NCBI GenBank assembly: GCA_027604505.1
Contig: JADIIX010000077.1
Coordinates: 62,001-105,957, forward strand
Direction of reading: 5' to 3'
DNA length: 43,957 nucleotides
Source of the DNA: Gonapodya sp. JEL0774
Taxonomy: Eukaryota
Both the position numbers and the translations under genes were made by a program. The notes beneath the pieces were generated by a model. It searched no databases and had not been told where the DNA came from. It worked only from the letters and a program-made list of their open reading frames with translations. Position 1 is the first letter of the stretch. Every line of letters starts with the position of its first letter. This document shows positions 38,601 through 43,957 of the stretch, piece by piece.

Positions 38601-40632
38601 TTCCCCGCCCTCGCTCTGCGGAGTGGGGGTGCCCGCGCCGTGCGTCCTCGGTGGGCGGTGTAGGGGGGTGTTGTGAATTTTCAAGGGGGCGGTGGTGGGG
38701 AACGGGTGTGGCGTGAGAGTACCAAACGGGACCGCTGTAAGCCACCGTGGCCCCGTCGCTCGTCCAGTGCCACCTCGGTCCGGTCCTGCCGGTGCTCGGC
38801 GGTCCCCCGCGTCCCCACGCATCTGTACCGCCCGAGCGGCCGCCGCGGGTGTGCGCGAGTGTGTGTGCGCGAGTGCGCGTGTGCGTGCCTGTACCCGCGT
38901 TCGGTGGACCTTTTGCACCGGGAGTGTACCGCCTTGATGCGATGGCGCATGGCGGTGGGGAGTGGGGGTGCTGGTGAGGGTACGGTGGTGCCCCGGATGG
39001 TGGAGGGGAGGACCGTCTGCGGGGTGAGGTGGGCGAGGGTGCATGGTGCGAGGTCTGGTGCGGCGGGGTACGGGTTTTGCGGACAGTGCCGGTGTGGACG
39101 GTATGTGTTGAGTGTTTACTTTCCTCTCTATGAACTTTTATTAGATCTTTCCTTACTACCCAAACTATGTAATTGCTTTCATCGTATGTATACGTAACGT
39201 CGTTCAGTCTAAACGCCAAAACAAAATACAAAATGGCGGGACAACCACACGATGATAACGGTCCACCTCGTCCACTGTCGCGTCATGTGACCGATCTGCA
39301 CCACCCCCGGCGCGCCGGCGCGTGAACCCCGCATACCCCTTTTGCAGGGCAGGTGGAACGTGCGTCACGATAGTGGTGGGGGGGAGGTGGCGCGCGTCGT
39401 GACGTGGCAAAGGCCGGCCGGCTGCGTGCGACGTGTCATGGGTTTGGTGCAGCGTGCGGCACCGGCGTTCGGGCGCGGCGCGCGTTCGGCGTTGAGGTGG
39501 CCGACGGCCGTGGGATGGGGTGTACGTGTGCCAGCGCGCGGTGGCGGGGCCGATGGCGCGGTCGGTCGGGGTTCGCCACAGTGGTGTGGCTGGCACGGAC
39601 CACGGACACCGGAGCATAAGTGTGGGGCACCCAGACGCCCCAGACACCCGACGGCGGACGGCGGGGGAGGTGGGCGGTGCGGAACTGGGGATGGGATGGG
39701 GGGCGGGCGACCGGTGCGGGTCCAGTCTCCACGCAAAACAAGGTAAAATCCAAGCATCCGGGCTCCGGGCTCCGACCACCGACAACGGACACGGAGGAAG
39801 AGGCGAGATGCGAGATTCGAATCGATGGTGTCTCGGAAGGAACACGGAACACGGGCACATGGAACATTGCAAAACACGGAAACGTGACACGAGCCCATAG
39901 GGTTCAAGGAAAGGACAGACCCAAACCCTGACGTAGACGTGGTCCCAGGGGGGGGTGAGTCCCCCCCATGTCGTGTCCGTCCCCGTCCCCACCGTCCCTC
40001 GGCCGGGGTCCACCAGCCATCAGGCACCAGGCACCAGCCCACCAGAAACCTTAGCCGACGTCCAACCCGCCGTCCCCCCAGACCGCGCAGAGCCTGTGTG
40101 GGTTGGTGTGAGTTGAGTGTGAGTTGAGTGCGCGCGGGGGACGGGGAGAGGGGTGAGGGGTGAGGGGAGGCGTGTGGGTGACTGGGCGCGGGGGGCGGGG
40201 GGGGGCTGGCACCCCGTCCCCGTGAAGATCGTCGGAACGGGGAACGGTCTGACGGCCACAGAGGTCGTGGGGGTGGAGGTGGGCAGAGGGCGGGGACTCG
40301 GGACTCGGGACTCGGGGGTGGGAGTGGGTGGGAGTGGGGTGGGTATCCAGGGCGGGGGGGGAGGAAGAGAGCGCGTGTGACCGGCCGGAGGGAGGCATCA
40401 TGGCGGGAGGGAAGGAACCCATGGTGGAGATGGGGATGTGGCCACAGATTTTGCGCGAGATGCGAACGTGTGGAGGGGTGGATGTGCCTGTGCCTGTGCC
40501 TGTGCCTGCCGCTTCCGTGCGTGTCGTCCTCGTCCCACGGCCATGAAGAGGTGGAGGTGACTTTGTTCCTTGCGGCGTCCTCTTTCCCAGGTCTTGGACC
40601 AGGTTCCCAGGTTCCCGTCGGGGTCGGGGTCA

Positions 40633-41474
40633 TCACCGGTCGGTCGTCGTGGTCGTGTCCGACGACGTCATCCCTCCCACTCCCCCTCCCGCGCTCCGCA
40701 AGCGCACCGCCCTGGCCCTGTCCCTGTCCCTGGGCGCGCCGGTCTCACGTTCCCGCCCGGCCTTTCTGCCGGCCTCCCCATCCCTCTCCCGCCCCCCCAC
40801 CCCCTTCGTTTCCACATCGTGGACTCTCCTCTTGATCAACTCGATCTCTGCAACGACTGTTGCGTGGTTGTGGTCGACGCGGGACTCGAGGGAGGTGAGA
40901 CGGTGTTCGGCGGATGTCATGCGGGAGGAGAGGTCGGAGACTTGCGTGGGGGGTGGAGGGTGTGGTGTGGTGTGGTGTGGTGTGGTGTGGTGTGGTGGGG
41001 TTGGGTGGGCGGGGGGAGTAGTCGGAGAGTGTGGAAGGGCGGGGGCGGGGTGCACAGGAGAGGCGAACGAGTTGGGGTCACCAATGAAAACCGAGACCCC
41101 GGTCGGCGAGGGAACGAGGAGCAGGCACATCACGGTTGGGTCATGCATGGGGCAACCAACGCAAACCAAGTGGCCGCGCTTCCCCTTCTGTCACTCCGTC
41201 TGGGTCTGGGTCGCGTTTCCGGCTTCCGGCTTCCGGCTTCCTGCGTCCGTCCCCAATCCACGGTCCCTCCAGCCATGCACGCCGAAACCCCCAAGGCCCC
41301 TCGTCCGCTCGCACGCTCGCAGTGGAACACACCTTCGTTCCTCAATGAGCCATAAGACTTGTAGAGGACGTAGGCAGCGCCGATGGCGACCCCGGCAGAA
41401 CCGGAGAGGGCGAATCTGAAGAGGGAGGAGGGACGGAGGAATGCGAGAGCAGGGTGGGGAGGGGGAGCGGACAT
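40633..41474 (-). CDS. Hypothetical small protein: N-terminal hydrophobic anchor plus coiled coil; exons 41474-41333, 40940-40633 (3' end uncertain)
   Basis: MSAPPPHPALAFLRPSSLFRFALSGSAGVAIGAAYVLYKSYGSLRNE joins in phase 1 through a 392-bp GT-AG intron to VSDLSSRMTSAEHRLTSLESRVDHNHATVVAEIELIKRRVHDVE, which has a heptad pattern. Confidence 0.6.
40961..40995. repeat. (TGTGG)7 microsatellite, intronic
   Basis: Directly visible. Confidence 0.9.
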
Positions 41475-41759
41475 TGGGGGGAGTTGGTGGGTGAAGTGGG
41501 TGAAGTGGGGGCAGTGGGGCAGTGAAGGGGACAGAGAGGGAGAAAGAGGGAACCAAGCAAAAGAACAAGGCCACGTCAGTGCAGGGTGCAGGGTGCAGGG
41601 GTGGGCAGGGAGTGGGTGTGGCACAGGTGCTGTGGACAGGAGCAGGAGGGACGCAGGGGATGTGCAGGGGACACATCCGATCGGCGGCGGTCAGAGTGGG
41701 ACTTCCCCCTCCCATCGTTTGGCGATCAATCAGTCAGCACTCAGCACTCAGTCAGCCGC

Positions 41760-41760
<1 letters not shown>

Positions 41761-41790
<30 letters not shown>
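41761..41790. repeat. (TCAA)7.5 microsatellite just upstream of the STPG-like ATG
   Basis: Directly visible. Confidence 0.9.
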
Positions 41791-41798
41791 CCAGTGGG

Positions 41799-43001
41799 AT
41801 GATGATGATGCATCCCTCTGGTCACTCTGGTCCCTCTGGTCCCTTGGCATATCTCAACAACAAACCAAACTCAAACTCTCCCTCTCGTTCAACTCCCAAA
41901 ACTCGCCTTCCCCACCCGCACTCTCCCACATCTAAAAACACCCGCTCATCCATCTCAATCCCTCCTCACTTCACTCACTCTTCTCTCTCGTCTTCAATCT
42001 CACCGCCTTCAATCCCAACCAGGTACCAGACTTTCCTCTTATCCCGAAACTCTCAAAAGGCTTTCAACTCAACCGTAGACAGATTCCACATCCCCGAATC
42101 TCAGAAGAACGCTCTGGCTGGTCCAGGCTACTACTACAAGGACCACCACCACCCCACCAAGTCTCTCTCTAACTCCTCCTCCTCCTCCTCAACCACGACC
42201 GCCACCTGCTCTTCCCACGACCCCGCCTTCGCATCCACCTCCCCCAGATTCCCCCACCCCGCGCCCCCCTCCCCCACAATCCGCCGCCCCCCCGGCCCTG
42301 GCTCCTACGAGGTCGCTCACGATCCCAGGTGGAGCTACTATCTCGACGTGAAGCCTGGAAGCATGTTTGCTGGGTCGGTCGTCGCGGGTGGTGCTGGTGC
42401 GGGTGCGGGTGGAGGTGGTGGGACGGTCAAGATGGGGACAACGTTCACGGGACCGAGGGCGAGGACAGGCGGTAGTATGGCACGAGCGGTGGATGCTGTG
42501 GCCATGCCGGCGCCCACCCCAGGTCCTGGCTCGTACGACGTGGTTCACGAGGTGAGTGTCCCATGTTTCCGATTCCATCGCCCGCCCCAACCCTAAAACC
42601 CCAATCGTCACGGATGTGTCTGCCTTTGCTTCGTCACACTCTGCCCACTCTCTACATACTCTCCGAACCCCACCGTCCGTCACTCCACACCTTTGGTCTC
42701 TCCCCCACCACCCACCCGACACACCCCCCCGACCCCGCACCCACCTAGCCCCTCCCCCCACCAACCCACCTCCTCCGCCGCCACCACGCCGAGATCGCAG
42801 AGCGGAGAAGGCTCGCACGCTGGGAGATGGCCCGGGCGGTCGCGGGGGAGGGAATGGGCGAGGGGGAGGGAGGGTTGGGGATGGGGATGGGGATTGGCGG
42901 GCCAGAGAGGGAGAGGGCGAGGAGGGCGAGGAAGGTGGGGTTTTAGGGGTGGGGTGGGGTGGGGGGGGGGCAGGCGAATGGGAAAGGAAATGGAGCGATA
43001 G
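41799..43001 (+). CDS. STPG1-like sperm-tail PG-rich (SHIPPO) repeat protein; exon 1 41799-42551, 3' exon uncertain
   Basis: PSIPTRYQT...KAFNSTVDRF...AGPGYY, F.STSPRF...PGPGSYEV and TPGPGSYDV are SHIPPO/PG-rich repeats preceded by an STPG1-like N-terminal motif. There is a GTGAGT donor at 42552. Confidence 0.75.
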
Positions 43002-43243
43002 GGATGGATAGGGAGTGACAGAGGAGAGCGGGAGGGACCAAAGAACAAAAAAAAACAGCAGGCAAAAACGTTTTCACTTCAGCCACGTTGAAATCGGTAT
43101 AAATAAATAAGTGTTCAAACTCGGGGGGGCGTGCACGAACCACCCACCTGCCCCCATCTTCACCTCCCACCACCATCCCATCCCATCCCACCGCGACCCG
43201 CATCCCCACCTTCCCCACCTCCGCCCCCACCGCACGACCCGCC

Positions 43244-43595
43244 ATGGCGGACGCGCTGACGCCATACATGGACAAGACGGTTCAGATCGTCACCAACGAC
43301 GGTAAAGTTATTCTCGTGAGTTGGTTGGTGCGCGGGGACGGGACGACAAGCGACCAGCCCGATGGGGGATGGGAAGGCGGGAAGAGGAGCACCGTTTCCC
43401 TTCACAGTCGTCCAGAGAAGCAGGAGCGCGCTCACCCCCCCTTCCCGTTCCTTCCCCCCCCGGACAGGGCACGCTCAAAGGCGTCGACAACAGTGTCAAC
43501 GTCGTCCTGCACGCATCGTCCGAGCGGGTGTTCTCACCCGACGAAGGGGTGGAGACCGTGCAGCTGGGACTCTATATCGTGAGGGGGGACAATGT
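43244..43595 (+). CDS. LSM8: U6 snRNA-associated Sm-like protein LSm8 (3' partial); exons 43244-43315, 43468-43595, remainder probably beyond the window
   Basis: MADALTPYMDKTVQIVTNDGKVIL|GTLKGVDNSVNVVLHASSERVFSPDEGVETVQLGLYIVRGDNV contains the Sm1/Sm2 motifs in the LSm8 pattern. Confidence 0.93.
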
Positions 43596-43957
43596 GTGAG
43601 TTGGGCGGGCCTGGGACGGGGGGGGGATGATGCCGTATGGAGATGATGGGATGGGAGTGTCGGACCCGACCCCGAGGTGTGCAGTCACTTTGGTGGAATT
43701 TCAAAGATTTGTCTCGTGGGGTTCTCGGGTTGGAAAGGCGGACCACAATGACAAACAAAGGAATGTGGATCCACTTCCACGTTCCACATGCCACACGGAC
43801 CGGGACATGCGACGACGACCACGACCATACCATGACAGACCGCACACTCGTCCCTCCTTGCTCACTCTTCACCGCACGTCCCCAAACACACCCCCCACCC
43901 ACACCCCAGACCACCCCCCCATACCCTCCCACCCCCCCCCCCCCGCCCCCCCGGGGG

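Noticed and set aside
38307..40636. Many long overlapping ORFs on both strands (up to 423 aa)
   Set aside because: These are expected from stop-codon scarcity in GC-rich low-complexity DNA and contain no recognisable domains. A hidden small gene or extra exons cannot be excluded.

Overview
Eukaryotic, intron-rich, compact genomic DNA with mostly 55-110 bp GT-AG introns. It is most consistent with a flagellated early-diverging (chytrid-like) fungus, because fungal-specific transcription-factor domains occur together with an STPG/SHIPPO flagellar protein and an Hv1 channel; the species cannot be determined here. I spliced the genes by hand. In order they are: a mitochondrial-type OsmC/Ohr protein, a TMEM42-like protein, a PP2C phosphatase, pirin, an unknown Ser/Pro-rich membrane protein, a divergent 375-aa actin (10 exons), DUF599, fungal TF middle-homology (Fungal_trans) paralog 1, a TMEM70-family protein, the Hv1 proton channel, a TBC1D20/Gyp8-like Rab GAP, TF paralogs 2 and 3, a small TM/coiled-coil protein, an STPG1-like protein and LSm8 (3' partial). 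There is a 10-N assembly gap at 8814-8823 and an abrupt shift to GC-rich, low-complexity, long-intron DNA after about 37.3 kb. The most notable items are: (1) a locally triplicated TF family that appears to lack an intact Zn2Cys6 DNA-binding domain, with a shared upstream non-coding element, an apparent gene-conversion tract and an apparent exon-to-intron conversion; (2) an actin paralog with a rewritten D-loop; (3) a candidate structured RNA between TF copies 2 and 3. No tRNA, rRNA, CRISPR array or intact transposon was seen. All family assignments come from motif recognition by eye, not database searches.
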